A stretch of 64,000 bases of DNA, taken from assembly GCA_964406515.1 (NCBI GenBank), contig CAYORV010000001.1, positions 33,956-97,955 of the forward strand, read 5' to 3'. Shown here one piece after another: positions 49,105 to 58,687 of this stretch. Both the position numbers and the translations under genes were made by a program. Numbering within the stretch: the stretch's first letter is position 1; each line of letters begins with the position of its first letter. Below the pieces are notes generated by a model. It did no database searches, was not told where the DNA came from, and was given only the letters and a program-made list of their open reading frames with translations. Origin of the DNA: Candidatus Woesearchaeota archaeon. GTDB taxonomy: Archaea > Nanobdellota > Nanobdellia > Pacearchaeales > GW2011-AR1.

Positions 49105-50531
49105 AATAATTTATTTTTCTTTATAAGAATTTGTATTCTTCTTTTTTCATTTAATTTTTTCAAATCTCCTAAAGTTTTATCTAATTTTGATTTCATTTCT
49201 CTTGTAACTTTTTTATTTTTTTCAGCTAAATTTATATTTTCGTCCGGATCTTTTTCTAAATCATATAATGCGGTAATTGGTCCGTGCGTTGTATTACAGA
49301 TTCCACATACAGTGTGCTCTTTTTCAGGGGATTCCATATATTTATATTTTTTTGTTCTAATTGCTCTTCTTTTTATTCCTGCATTTTGTTCTTCCATAAT
49401 GATAGAATCTCTAATCTCTTTATCCCGACCAAATAAAAGCGGGAATAAACTTTTACCATCAAATGATAAAGAATCGTACTTTATTCCAATTAAATCAAGA
49501 ACTGTTGGAGCAAGATCTTCTAACTGGGTCAGTGCTTTAACATTTTTGTTTTGGGGAATTCCACTGCCAAAAATTATTAGGGGGATATTAAAAGAGACAT
49601 CATACACCCCCTCATTGTTGAAATAAACTTCATGTTCTCCAAGGCTTATCCCATGATCAGCGAATAAAAAAATGATAGTATCCTTTAGTAAATTCTCTTT
49701 TTTCAAAGTCTCAATTATTCTTCCTATCAATAAATCATCATAAAAAATGGCTGTATCATATTTTGTGGTTAATCCTTCGATGGTCTCATCAAATTTCCAA
49801 CAACCCCTTGAAAAATCTATATCTTTTTTATTATACCCTTCCATAGAATTTAATACCTCAAAGATTTTTTTACCCCCCGAGGGGATAGTGAATTTTTTAC
49901 TAAGAGCATAGGGAAACATATGGGGAACATGAGCATCATCATAATGTAACCATAAAAAAAAGTTGTTGTTTTTATTTTGTTTTATTATTTCTATTGCTTC
50001 ATTTGTCATTCTTTCTCCATTATTATTAAATCTTATTTTGCTTTCCAACCTTTTTGGGGTAAGATGAGTATTATGCAAAATAAATTTGAAGAAATTGTAT
50101 ATTAATGGTTTTTTTTGGAGAGATTTTATTAAATTCCATTTTTTTGATGCTTCTAAACTATCTTGTTCAAAAAAATAATCAAATCCTTTTTTTTGCCAAC
50201 CGAATAATTTTTCTAAAAAATGTGTTTTATAACCATGTTTTTGGAGTATTTCTGATAAGAGAACCCCCCCTGTATCAAAAAAAGAATTCATTTCTCTTTT
50301 AGAGGCATAATTCCCAAAATCTCTTGCTAAAATATGCCTTCCTCCGAGAATAGAGGAGAAAGATTTGTGAGTAACTGAGTAATACGAAAAAAAATTTTCG
50401 AATAATACTCCTTGGCTTGCATAAGAATCTATATTTGGGGAAGTATCTCTTTTATATCCATAACAACCAAGATTCCTTGGCCTTAAACCATCTACAGATA
50501 AAAAAATTATATTTGGTTTTTTATTTTCCAT
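49101..50531 (-). CDS. Sulfatase-family enzyme, tandem paralog of 47385..48815
   Basis: 'MENKKPNIIFLSVDGLRPRNLGCYG...' ~70% aa identity to the paralog, including long identical nucleotide runs. Confidence 0.65.
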   Translation of the reverse strand: MENKKPNIIFLSVDGLRPRNLGCYGYKRDTSPNIDSYASQGVLFENFFSYYSVTHKSFSSILGGRHILARDFGNYASKREMNSFFDTGGVLLSEILQKHGYKTHFLEKLFGWQKKGFDYFFEQDSLEASKKWNLIKSLQKKPLIYNFFKFILHNTHLTPKRLESKIRFNNNGERMTNEAIEIIKQNKNNNFFLWLHYDDAHVPHMFPYALSKKFTIPSGGKKIFEVLNSMEGYNKKDIDFSRGCWKFDETIEGLTTKYDTAIFYDDLLIGRIIETLKKENLLKDTIIFLFADHGISLGEHEVYFNNEGVYDVSFNIPLIIFGSGIPQNKNVKALTQLEDLAPTVLDLIGIKYDSLSFDGKSLFPLLFGRDKEIRDSIIMEEQNAGIKRRAIRTKKYKYMESPEKEHTVCGICNTTHGPITALYDLEKDPDENINLAEKNKKVTREMKSKLDKTLGDLKKLNEKRRIQILIKKNKLL

Positions 50532-50616
50532 TCATCTTAATATTTTAATCTATTTTTAAATTTTATGGACCTGGAATAGTAGAAATGTTTTAATACCTTA
50601 ATTTCATTTGTGAAGC

Positions 50617-50835
50617 ATGGATAAAAAAAGAGAATATGGAACAGTATCATTACCCTTGCCACTAATAACTTCTATTAAAGATAAGATTGAAGGAACAGGA
50701 ATACATTCTGTTTCTGCTTATATTTGTTTTATTCTTAGACAGATTCTTTCTTCTCCAGAAGAGAGTGATACTCCTTTAGACCGAAAAACAGAAGAAGAGA
50801 TTAAAAAGAGATTAAAAAAATTAGGCTATATCTAA
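50617..50835 (+). CDS. Small RHH-like protein (family member 3, single C-terminal repeat)
   Basis: 'VSAYICFILRQILSSPEES...KTEEEIKKRLKKLGYI' shares the helix and the C-terminal 'EEE.xK.L.xLGYI' with the other two. Confidence 0.35.
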   Translation: MDKKREYGTVSLPLPLITSIKDKIEGTGIHSVSAYICFILRQILSSPEESDTPLDRKTEEEIKKRLKKLGYI

Positions 50836-50898
50836 TAAAATTTATTACCGAGGAATACTAAATAAGATTTAAAAAGTAATTATATATAATTATATACA

Positions 50899-52317
50899 AT
50901 GGCAGAGGTTTCAAAAAAGAACGTGAGTAAAATAATGTTTCTAACTCCTAGATATACTTTGTTTAAAAATGATGTTAGAAGATGTGTGACTCCTCTTGGA
51001 TTAGCTTATTTAGGAGCATACTTGGAAAGAGAAGGTTATGAAGTAAAAATTCTTGATGTTGCTAATGAAGGGTATAATAATATTAAACCCAATTGTGAGT
51101 TTATTACTTTTGGTTTAAATGATGAAGAAATTAAAGAAAAAATCAAAGAATTTCAACCAGATATTGTTGGAGTTTCTTGTATATTTTCGACACAAGCAGA
51201 GAATGCAAAAGAGATTCTTAAGCTTGTTAAAGAAATTGATTCTGAAATTTTTACGATGATTGGGGGTTCTCATCCAACTTATGATTTATTAAATATTTTA
51301 GATAAAAATTATGTTGATTTTGTGGTGATGGGAGAAGGAGAATTGCCTGTTTCCCAATTACTGCTTGCATTAAATGAAGGAAAAGACCTATCTAAAATTG
51401 GGGGTCTTGCATACAAGTCAAACGGAAATAAAATAATAAACACCAACAAACAATATGTTGAAAACTTAGATGAATTAGCCTTTCCTGCGAGACATCTCTT
51501 AAATATGGATATGTATTTTAAGATTAATGCTCCACAAAACCCATATCCACAGGGAAAAAGGGTTGCTCAAATAATTACATCAAGGGGTTGCTCAGCGAAA
51601 TGTGTTTTTTGTACAACTACTAATTTTTGGGGGAATCGCCATAGAGGAAGAAGTGCTGAAAAAGTAATTGAAGAAATAAAGGAAATGAAGGAAAAATATA
51701 ATATAGATGAAATTCAAATCACAGATGATAATTTTACATTGAACAAAGAAAGAGCTATGCAAATTTTAGAAGGTATTAAGAATTTGAATTTATATTGGTG
51801 TGCTCCCCAAGGGATTGCTGTTTGGGCCCTAGACGAAGAATTATTGGAAAAGATGAAGGAAAGTGGTTGTTATCAATTGACTTTTGCTGTTGAAAGTGGT
51901 AATCAAAAAGTGCTGAATGAAATTGTGAAAAAGCCATTAAATCTTCAAAAAGTTAAACCTCTTGTCAAAAAAGCCAAGGAACTTGGAATTAAAGTTCATT
52001 CTTTTGCTATTTGTGGCTTACCTGGAGAAACAATAGAAAATATGCAAGAAACCTATGATTTTGTAAAAAATTGTAATTTTGATAGTGCTTCTTTTTTTGT
52101 TGCTACTCCCCTAATTGGTTCTGAATTATTGGAAACTTGTAAAAGAGAAGGTTGCTTAAGAAAAGAAATGACTTGTAAGGACCAATTGTTTAAGATTGGG
52201 AATATCTCAACTAAAGAATTTACTGCTAAACAAGTTCAGGAAATTTGTGCTAAGTTTAACAAGGAATATAATAAAAATGATACCAGGGAGAAAAAATTTG
52301 AAGATGAAAAATATTGA
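50899..52317 (+). CDS. Cobalamin-binding radical SAM enzyme (Fom3/PhpK-like position in a phosphonate operon)
   Basis: 'KIMFLTPRY...' B12-binding N-terminus. '[15 protein letters not shown]'. Overlaps the cytidylyltransferase-PEP mutase fusion gene by 14 nt. Confidence 0.7.
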   Translation: MAEVSKKNVSKIMFLTPRYTLFKNDVRRCVTPLGLAYLGAYLEREGYEVKILDVANEGYNNIKPNCEFITFGLNDEEIKEKIKEFQPDIVGVSCIFSTQAENAKEILKLVKEIDSEIFTMIGGSHPTYDLLNILDKNYVDFVVMGEGELPVSQLLLALNEGKDLSKIGGLAYKSNGNKIINTNKQYVENLDELAFPARHLLNMDMYFKINAPQNPYPQGKRVAQIITSRGCSAKCVFCTTTNFWGNRHRGRSAEKVIEEIKEMKEKYNIDEIQITDDNFTLNKERAMQILEGIKNLNLYWCAPQGIAVWALDEELLEKMKESGCYQLTFAVESGNQKVLNEIVKKPLNLQKVKPLVKKAKELGIKVHSFAICGLPGETIENMQETYDFVKNCNFDSASFFVATPLIGSELLETCKREGCLRKEMTCKDQLFKIGNISTKEFTAKQVQEICAKFNKEYNKNDTREKKFEDEKY

Positions 52318-53638
52318 AAATAAAAAAAGTGAAGATAAACCAAAAAAGATTTATGTGGCTATGTGTGCAGATTTGTTGCATCATGGACATATTAACATTA
52401 TAAAAGAAAGTAGGAAATTGGGAGAAGTTGTAGTTGGTTTGCTTACAGATGAGGCCATTGCGAGTTATAAAAGAGTTCCTCTTATCCCTTATGAACAAAG
52501 GAAAATAATTGTTGAGAATATAAAAGGTGTAAAAGAAGTTGTGGCTCAGGAAAATTTTGATTATGTTCCTACACTTAAAAAAGTGAGACCAGATTATGTT
52601 GTTCACGGAGATGATTGGAAAACAGGAATTCAAAGGAAGGTTCGGCAAAGAATTATAGATGTGCTTAATGAATGGGGAGGTAAAATTGTAGAAATACCTT
52701 ATACCAAAGGCATGTCCTCCACAGGACTACAAGGAAATGTAAAAGAAATAGGAATCACTCGAGAAATGAGAACGAAAAGATTAAGGAGGTTGCTTGAATT
52801 TAAACCACTGGTAAAAATTTTAGAATCCCATAATGGGTTGACAGCTATGATCGTAGAAAATACATTCATTGAAGAAAATAATGTAAAAAAAGAATTTGAT
52901 GGTGTATGGGTAAGTAGTTTAACTGACTCTGTCTCCAAAGGAAAGCCAGACACAGGAATTGTAGATTTGACTTCTAGATTGAGTACAATAAATCATATTT
53001 TAGAAGTGACTACAAAACCAATAATTCTTGATGGAGACAATGGGGGGGAAATTGAACATTTTTCATCCATGGTAAGAACATTGGAAAGATTGGGAGTTTC
53101 TGCAGTAATAATTGAAGATAAAATTGGATTCAAAAGAAATTCTTTATTTGGAACAGAAGCAAACCAATCACAAGAAGAGGTTTCAAAATTTGCAGAGAAA
53201 ATTTCTGCAGGGAAAAAAGTACAATTAGAAGATGATTTTATGATTATCTCGAGGATTGAAAGTTTAATTTTAGGAAAAGGAATTTATGATGCTCTTATTA
53301 GGGCAAAAGCATATATTGAAGCTGGAGCAGATGCCATAATGATTCACAGTAAAGAAAGAGATGGGAAAGAAATTTTAGAATTTTGTAAACAATATTCTCA
53401 AATTGAAAATAAAGTGCCCTTGGTCGTTGTGCCCTCTACATATAGCCATATTAAGGAAGAAGAATTAATCAATGCTGGAGTAAATATGGTTATCTATGCC
53501 AACCATTTATTAAGAAGTGCATATCCTGCAATGAAAAAAACAGCTGAAAAAATTTTATTGAATGAGAGAGCGTATGAGTGTGAAGAAGATTGCATGCCTA
53601 TCAAAGATCTTCTAAATTTAATTTCTGAAGGAAGATGA
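52304..53638 (+). CDS. Bifunctional cytidylyltransferase (HxGH) / phosphoenolpyruvate phosphomutase (Fom1-like architecture)
   Basis: N-term '[35 protein letters not shown]'. C-term '[15 protein letters not shown]', '[11 protein letters not shown]', '[18 protein letters not shown]', '[15 protein letters not shown]' and '[14 protein letters not shown]' match PepM/ICL-superfamily blocks. The ATG at 52304 is preferred; the track start at 52196 would lie inside the upstream gene. Confidence 0.8.
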   Translation: MKNIENKKSEDKPKKIYVAMCADLLHHGHINIIKESRKLGEVVVGLLTDEAIASYKRVPLIPYEQRKIIVENIKGVKEVVAQENFDYVPTLKKVRPDYVVHGDDWKTGIQRKVRQRIIDVLNEWGGKIVEIPYTKGMSSTGLQGNVKEIGITREMRTKRLRRLLEFKPLVKILESHNGLTAMIVENTFIEENNVKKEFDGVWVSSLTDSVSKGKPDTGIVDLTSRLSTINHILEVTTKPIILDGDNGGEIEHFSSMVRTLERLGVSAVIIEDKIGFKRNSLFGTEANQSQEEVSKFAEKISAGKKVQLEDDFMIISRIESLILGKGIYDALIRAKAYIEAGADAIMIHSKERDGKEILEFCKQYSQIENKVPLVVVPSTYSHIKEEELINAGVNMVIYANHLLRSAYPAMKKTAEKILLNERAYECEEDCMPIKDLLNLISEGR

Positions 53639-54756
53639 TATCCTGCTCTGATTTAGCACACGTGTTTAAGGAAAATGATTTGACTTATTTTGCCGGTGTG
53701 CCTGATTCTACTTTTAAGGACTGGATGAGTTTTTTAGCAGATAGAAATAATTTAACAAACCGAATTGCATGTAATGAATGTGAGGCTATTGCTCTTGCAA
53801 CGGGATATCATCTTTCAACAAAAAATGTTGGAGTTGTTTATATGCAAAATTCTGGTTTAGGAAAAACAGTGAATCCTTTGACATCTTTAGCATCAAAAGA
53901 AGTTTATGGAATTCCTCTTATTTTAATGATTGGTTGGAGAGGAGAACCTGGAAAAAAGGATGAACCCCAACATAAAATGATGGGGAGAATTATGGAATCT
54001 CAACTTAAAACACTAGAAATTCCTTATTCAGTTCTCCCAGATAATATTGAAGATGTAGAAGAAACAATACGATGGGCTAAACAGACTGCAAAACAAAACA
54101 ACTATGCTTCAGCAATAATTATTAAAAAAAATACCTTGGAAAAATATGTCTCTGAGAATTCTACTGAAACAAATTATGAAATGTCAAGGGAAGAGGCAAT
54201 AAAAACTGTGATTGATAATTTGGAAGGAAATGAGGCAATTGTTTCAACAACAGGAAAAACTTCAAGAGAATTATTTGAATATCGGATTGCTCAAGGAGAA
54301 AAAGTCAGAGATTTTTTGACTCTTGGAAGCATGGGATGTTCTGCTTCAATTGTAGCAGAAGTGGCTTTGCAAAAACCTGATAAAAAGATTTATTGTTTTG
54401 ATGGAGATGGAGCCGTGTTGATGCAAATGGGGGCATTGTCCACTATTGGAAAATATAAACCAAAAAACTTTACTCATGTGATTTTTGATAATGCTTCTTA
54501 TGATTCAACAGGAGGGCAACCAACGAATTCAAGGAATGTTGATTTTGCACAGGTGGCAGAATCTTGTGGATATGTTAATACAAGAGTTGTTAAGACAAAA
54601 AGTGATTTAGGAAGAGTTGTTGAGAAATTAAGAAATTTAGAAGGGCCTAACATAGTTGTTGTTAATATTAATAAAGGATCGAGGAAGAATCTTGGAAGAC
54701 CCACAACAACACCCGAAGAAGATAAAACATCATTTATGGAATTTTTAGAAAAATGA
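53635..54756 (+). CDS. ppd: Phosphonopyruvate decarboxylase (TPP-dependent)
   Basis: '[16 protein letters not shown]' (Ppd N-terminal block). '[18 protein letters not shown]...[16 protein letters not shown]' TPP motif. ATGA overlap with the PepM fusion gene. Confidence 0.8.
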   Translation: MISCSDLAHVFKENDLTYFAGVPDSTFKDWMSFLADRNNLTNRIACNECEAIALATGYHLSTKNVGVVYMQNSGLGKTVNPLTSLASKEVYGIPLILMIGWRGEPGKKDEPQHKMMGRIMESQLKTLEIPYSVLPDNIEDVEETIRWAKQTAKQNNYASAIIIKKNTLEKYVSENSTETNYEMSREEAIKTVIDNLEGNEAIVSTTGKTSRELFEYRIAQGEKVRDFLTLGSMGCSASIVAEVALQKPDKKIYCFDGDGAVLMQMGALSTIGKYKPKNFTHVIFDNASYDSTGGQPTNSRNVDFAQVAESCGYVNTRVVKTKSDLGRVVEKLRNLEGPNIVVVNINKGSRKNLGRPTTTPEEDKTSFMEFLEK

Positions 54757-55856
54757 AACAACAAGAGTATTTTGACTTTGGAAGTTTAGAGAATCTTAGA
54801 GATATTTTGGAATATGAAAAATCAAGGAATGTTTTTCTTGTTACTGGAAGAGATTCTTATGAAAAATGTGGAGCTAAAGAAAAAATAGAAACGATCTTAG
54901 GAAATTCAGAAATTGGTTTTACAAGATTTTGTGATTTTTTTTCTAATCCTAACATAAAAGATATACAAAAAGGGTGTGATTCATTTAAGAAGAAAAACTA
55001 TGATCTTATTATGGGTGTTGGTGGTGGAAGTGTTATTGATACTGCAAAAGCCATTAAATTATTCAATTGCCCAAAAGCAGAGAAAATTCCTTTGATCGCG
55101 ATACCAACGACTGCCGGAAGCGGAAGTGAAGCTACGTGGTTTGTTGTTTTTTACAAAGGAAAAGAAAAACAATCTTGGGGAAATGAAACAATTACATTGC
55201 CCAATTATTCAGTCATTGACCCAAAATTAACAATGTCTCTGTCAAGAAAGGTTGCTGCGAGTACTGGTATGGATGCATTGGCTCAAGCAGTTGAATCATA
55301 TTGGTGCATTAATTCAACAGATGAATCAAAAAGAATTGCAAGACAATCGATAAAATTAACCTTAAAAAATTTGGAAAGAGCTGTTAATGGGAAAGGTAAG
55401 AGAGCAAGAGGAAATATGGCGTTATCTTCGAATCTTGCAGGAAAGGCCATTAACCTCACAAGGACTACTGCTTGTCATTCAATAGCTTATCCCATTACTT
55501 CTTATTTTGATGTTGCCCATGGGCATGCTGTTGGTTTAACTTTAGGAGAAATGCTGACTTATAATTCTAAAGTAACTGAAGGAGATTGTAATGATGGTAG
55601 GGGATTTGAGTATGCTAGAAAAACGATTAATGAATTAGTTGAGATATTTGAAGTAGGGTGTGTTGATGGAACTTCTCGTAGAATTAAAAATTTGATGGAT
55701 TCAATTGGATTAGAGACACGATTATCTGAAATAGAAATTGGCGAACAAGGAAGGGAGATTATAATCGACAAAGGATTTAAACCAGAAAGGGTTAAAAACA
55801 ATCCAAGGATATTAACAAGGAATGGATTGAGGAAAATTTTGGAGAAGATTGCTTAA
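54753..55856 (+). CDS. Iron-containing (group III) alcohol dehydrogenase (phosphonoacetaldehyde reductase, PhpC/FomC-like)
   Basis: 'DLIMGVGGGSVIDTAKAI' Fe-ADH glycine motif plus His-rich C-terminus ('CHSIAYP...HGHAVG'). ATGA overlap with ppd. Confidence 0.75.
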   Translation: MKQQEYFDFGSLENLRDILEYEKSRNVFLVTGRDSYEKCGAKEKIETILGNSEIGFTRFCDFFSNPNIKDIQKGCDSFKKKNYDLIMGVGGGSVIDTAKAIKLFNCPKAEKIPLIAIPTTAGSGSEATWFVVFYKGKEKQSWGNETITLPNYSVIDPKLTMSLSRKVAASTGMDALAQAVESYWCINSTDESKRIARQSIKLTLKNLERAVNGKGKRARGNMALSSNLAGKAINLTRTTACHSIAYPITSYFDVAHGHAVGLTLGEMLTYNSKVTEGDCNDGRGFEYARKTINELVEIFEVGCVDGTSRRIKNLMDSIGLETRLSEIEIGEQGREIIIDKGFKPERVKNNPRILTRNGLRKILEKIA

Positions 55857-57235
55857 TGAAAAAAGTATTTGTGTTTGGAATTGATGGTGCAATGCCTGAA
55901 AAGATTTTTGGCGAGTGGTTAGATGAGTTGCCAACCATCAAAAAACTTATGGGAGAAGGATGTTATGCTAAATTGAATTCGACTATTCCTCCTTTAACTG
56001 CTGTGGCTTGGACCTCTATGAGAACAGGTAAACCACCTGCTGAACATGGTCTTTTTGAATATATCTTTAGAAAAAAGAACTCTTACACAGATATGGGAGT
56101 TATATCTGCAAATAATATCCAAGAAAAATCTATTTGGCATATTGTATCTGAACACAATAAAAAATCAATAGTTTGTCTTGTTCCAATAACTTGGCCAATT
56201 AAACCTTTCACTGGAACAATTGTATCTGGATTTCTCACTCCAGATATTGAATCTGAATATACTTTTCCACGGGAATTCAAAAAAGAAATAAAATCTCTTT
56301 TTGACGAACCATTTATTATAGATCTCTATGATCATAGAAAACTATCTAAAAAAGAACTCTTAGAAAAATGTATTAAAATTACTGAAATGCATTTTAAATT
56401 AATGAAATATTTAATTCGAAAAAAGGAATGGGATTTATTTTTTGGAATAATTGCCGCGAGTGATTGGGTAAATCATAGTTTTTTCAAATATATGGATAAA
56501 GAACATAGAAATTATGAACCAGATTCTGAATTTAAAAATACTTTAAAAAATTATTATAAATTTGTAGATAAGAATCTTGGAGAATTGATAGAACTACTTC
56601 CAAAAGATACTACTATCATTATTGTTTCTGATCATGGTATAAAAAGGATGCATAATAGATTTAACTTGAGTGATTGGCTTTTGAAAAAAGGTTATTTGGT
56701 TTTAAAAGAAAAATTTGAAACAAAACTCCCTCTCAACTTAGAAATGATTGATTGGGAAAAAACAAGGGCTTGGGCGATTGGAGCATATGAAGGGCAGATA
56801 TTTATTAATTTAAAGAATCGAGAACCTGGAGGAATTGTAGACGAAAAAGATTATGATGAATTGGTGGAAGAGATTCAAGAAGGATTGTCTCAAATAAAAG
56901 GAGATCGAGGAGAGGAATTAGATACAAAATTCTTCAAGAAGAAAAAAGATTTTGTTGGGAAAAATAACCAACACGCTCCAGATCTGATGGTTTATTTTGA
57001 TGATTTGCAATATGGATGTAATAATTCTTTTGTCCACAATGAAACAATGTGGAATATTGAGACTCTGAAGGGGAAGGATGATGCGGGACATTCGAGACAA
57101 GGAATGTTTATAATGAACAAGTCTAATCAAAAGGGGTATATTGGAGAAATTGATATTTTAGATGTTGCTCCTACAATATTAAACCTATTAAAAGTAACAA
57201 TGCCCAGAGATCTTAAAGGAAAAATCATAAAATGA
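55856..57235 (+). CDS. Nucleotide pyrophosphatase/phosphodiesterase (NPP, PF01663-type) AP-superfamily enzyme
   Basis: 'VFGIDGAMPE', 'NSTIPPLTAVAWTSMRTGKPPAEHGLF' (T-x-P...TG..P..HG NPP block), 'VSDHGI'. TAATG overlap with the Fe-ADH. Confidence 0.6.
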   Translation: MKKVFVFGIDGAMPEKIFGEWLDELPTIKKLMGEGCYAKLNSTIPPLTAVAWTSMRTGKPPAEHGLFEYIFRKKNSYTDMGVISANNIQEKSIWHIVSEHNKKSIVCLVPITWPIKPFTGTIVSGFLTPDIESEYTFPREFKKEIKSLFDEPFIIDLYDHRKLSKKELLEKCIKITEMHFKLMKYLIRKKEWDLFFGIIAASDWVNHSFFKYMDKEHRNYEPDSEFKNTLKNYYKFVDKNLGELIELLPKDTTIIIVSDHGIKRMHNRFNLSDWLLKKGYLVLKEKFETKLPLNLEMIDWEKTRAWAIGAYEGQIFINLKNREPGGIVDEKDYDELVEEIQEGLSQIKGDRGEELDTKFFKKKKDFVGKNNQHAPDLMVYFDDLQYGCNNSFVHNETMWNIETLKGKDDAGHSRQGMFIMNKSNQKGYIGEIDILDVAPTILNLLKVTMPRDLKGKIIK

Positions 57236-57310
57236 TTTCTAAGCCTCCAAAATTTCATTGCCTATGAATACTCAATAAACTTTAAATAGTATTCCTAAAT
57301 AATTATTTTT

Positions 57311-58687
57311 ATGAGAAATAAAAAGGTGTTTGTTTTAGGGATTGATGGTGCTCCTCCCGAACTAATCTTCAATGAATGGTTGGATGATTTACCCGTAATT
57401 AAAAAATTAATGCTAGAAGGAACTTATGCAAAATTAAATAGCACCATTCCTCCTGTGTCTGCGGTTGCTTGGATATCGATGTGTACTGGAAAGTTGCCTT
57501 CTGATCATGGGGTTTTTGATTATATATGTAGAAAAAATAATTCCTATGAGGACATAAGTGTAGTTTCAACTAATAATGTTCAGGAAGAATCTGTTTGGGA
57601 AATTCTTTCTAGATATAATAAAAAATCAATTTTTTGTTTAATTCCAGTAACTTGGCCAATTAAACCCTTTGATGGCATTGGGGTTAGCGGATTTCTCACT
57701 CCGAGAGTTAAAAGAGATTATGTTTATCCTTCGCACCTACAACAAGAAGTTGAATCTCTTTTTGATGAACCTTTTATAATAGACATAGAAAAACATAGAG
57801 ATTTATCAAAAGAAGATTTGCTTGAAAAAATTTATAAAATGACTGAAATGCATTTTAAATTGATGAAGCATATGATAAAAAATAAACAATGGGATTTGTT
57901 CTGGGGAGTGATTATGGGAAGCGATAGAATGAATCATAACTTTTGGAGGTTCTTTGATAAGGGGCATAGAAGATATGAAAATAATCTTGAATTTGAAACT
58001 GCATTAAAAGATTATTATAAATTCCTGGATAAAAATCTTGGAGAATTAATTCAATTACTTGATGATGATACAACAATCATTGTAGTCTCGGACCATGGAA
58101 TACAGAAAATGGATACTAGGGTGAATTTAAGTGATTGGCTTATTAAAGAAGGATACTTGGTCCTTAAAGAACCTGTTAAAGAAAAAATGAAATTTACTAT
58201 GGATATGGTTAATTGGGACGAAACAAGGGTTTTTGCAAGGGGTGCATGGGATGGACAAATTTTTCTTAATTTAAAAGGCAGAGAAGAAAAAGGAATTGTG
58301 AATGAGGACGAATATGAAAATCTTATTGAAGAGTTAGAAATGAAATTAAAACAAATAAAAGGGGATGATGAAAAAGTTTTGGATACAAAGATTTTCAAGA
58401 AAAAAGATTATAGCGGGAAATTTGATAACATTGCGCCAGACATGATTATTTATTTTGATAATTTGAATTATGGATGTAATACAACTTTAATAGGAAATCC
58501 TACTTTTTGGTCTCCTCAAACAGCAATTGGTAGTGATGATGTCACTCATTCGAAAAAAGGGATATTTATTACTAATAATTCTCAGAAAGGAAACATTGGA
58601 GAAATTGGAATTATAGACATTGCTCCAACAATCCTAAATGAATTAGAAGTGCCAATCCCCAAAGATATGAAGGGGGAGATCTTATGA
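57311..58687 (+). CDS. NPP-family AP-superfamily enzyme, tandem paralog
   Basis: 'VLGIDGAPPE...NSTIPPVSAVAWISMCTGKLPSDHGVF...VSDHGI'. ~50% identical to 55856..57235. Confidence 0.6.
   Translation: MRNKKVFVLGIDGAPPELIFNEWLDDLPVIKKLMLEGTYAKLNSTIPPVSAVAWISMCTGKLPSDHGVFDYICRKNNSYEDISVVSTNNVQEESVWEILSRYNKKSIFCLIPVTWPIKPFDGIGVSGFLTPRVKRDYVYPSHLQQEVESLFDEPFIIDIEKHRDLSKEDLLEKIYKMTEMHFKLMKHMIKNKQWDLFWGVIMGSDRMNHNFWRFFDKGHRRYENNLEFETALKDYYKFLDKNLGELIQLLDDDTTIIVVSDHGIQKMDTRVNLSDWLIKEGYLVLKEPVKEKMKFTMDMVNWDETRVFARGAWDGQIFLNLKGREEKGIVNEDEYENLIEELEMKLKQIKGDDEKVLDTKIFKKKDYSGKFDNIAPDMIIYFDNLNYGCNTTLIGNPTFWSPQTAIGSDDVTHSKKGIFITNNSQKGNIGEIGIIDIAPTILNELEVPIPKDMKGEIL

Noticed and set aside
47000-50600. Possible CRISPR or other non-coding tandem repeat suggested by the repeated nucleotide stretches
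   Set aside because: The repeats are ~1.7 kb protein-coding units (sulfatase-family plus small gene), not short direct repeats with spacers.
52196-52303. Upstream start (52196) for the cytidylyltransferase-PEP mutase fusion gene
   Set aside because: It would overlap the preceding radical SAM gene by 122 nt. The ATG at 52304 gives a standard short overlap and the N-terminus 'MKNIENKK...' directly precedes the HxGH domain.
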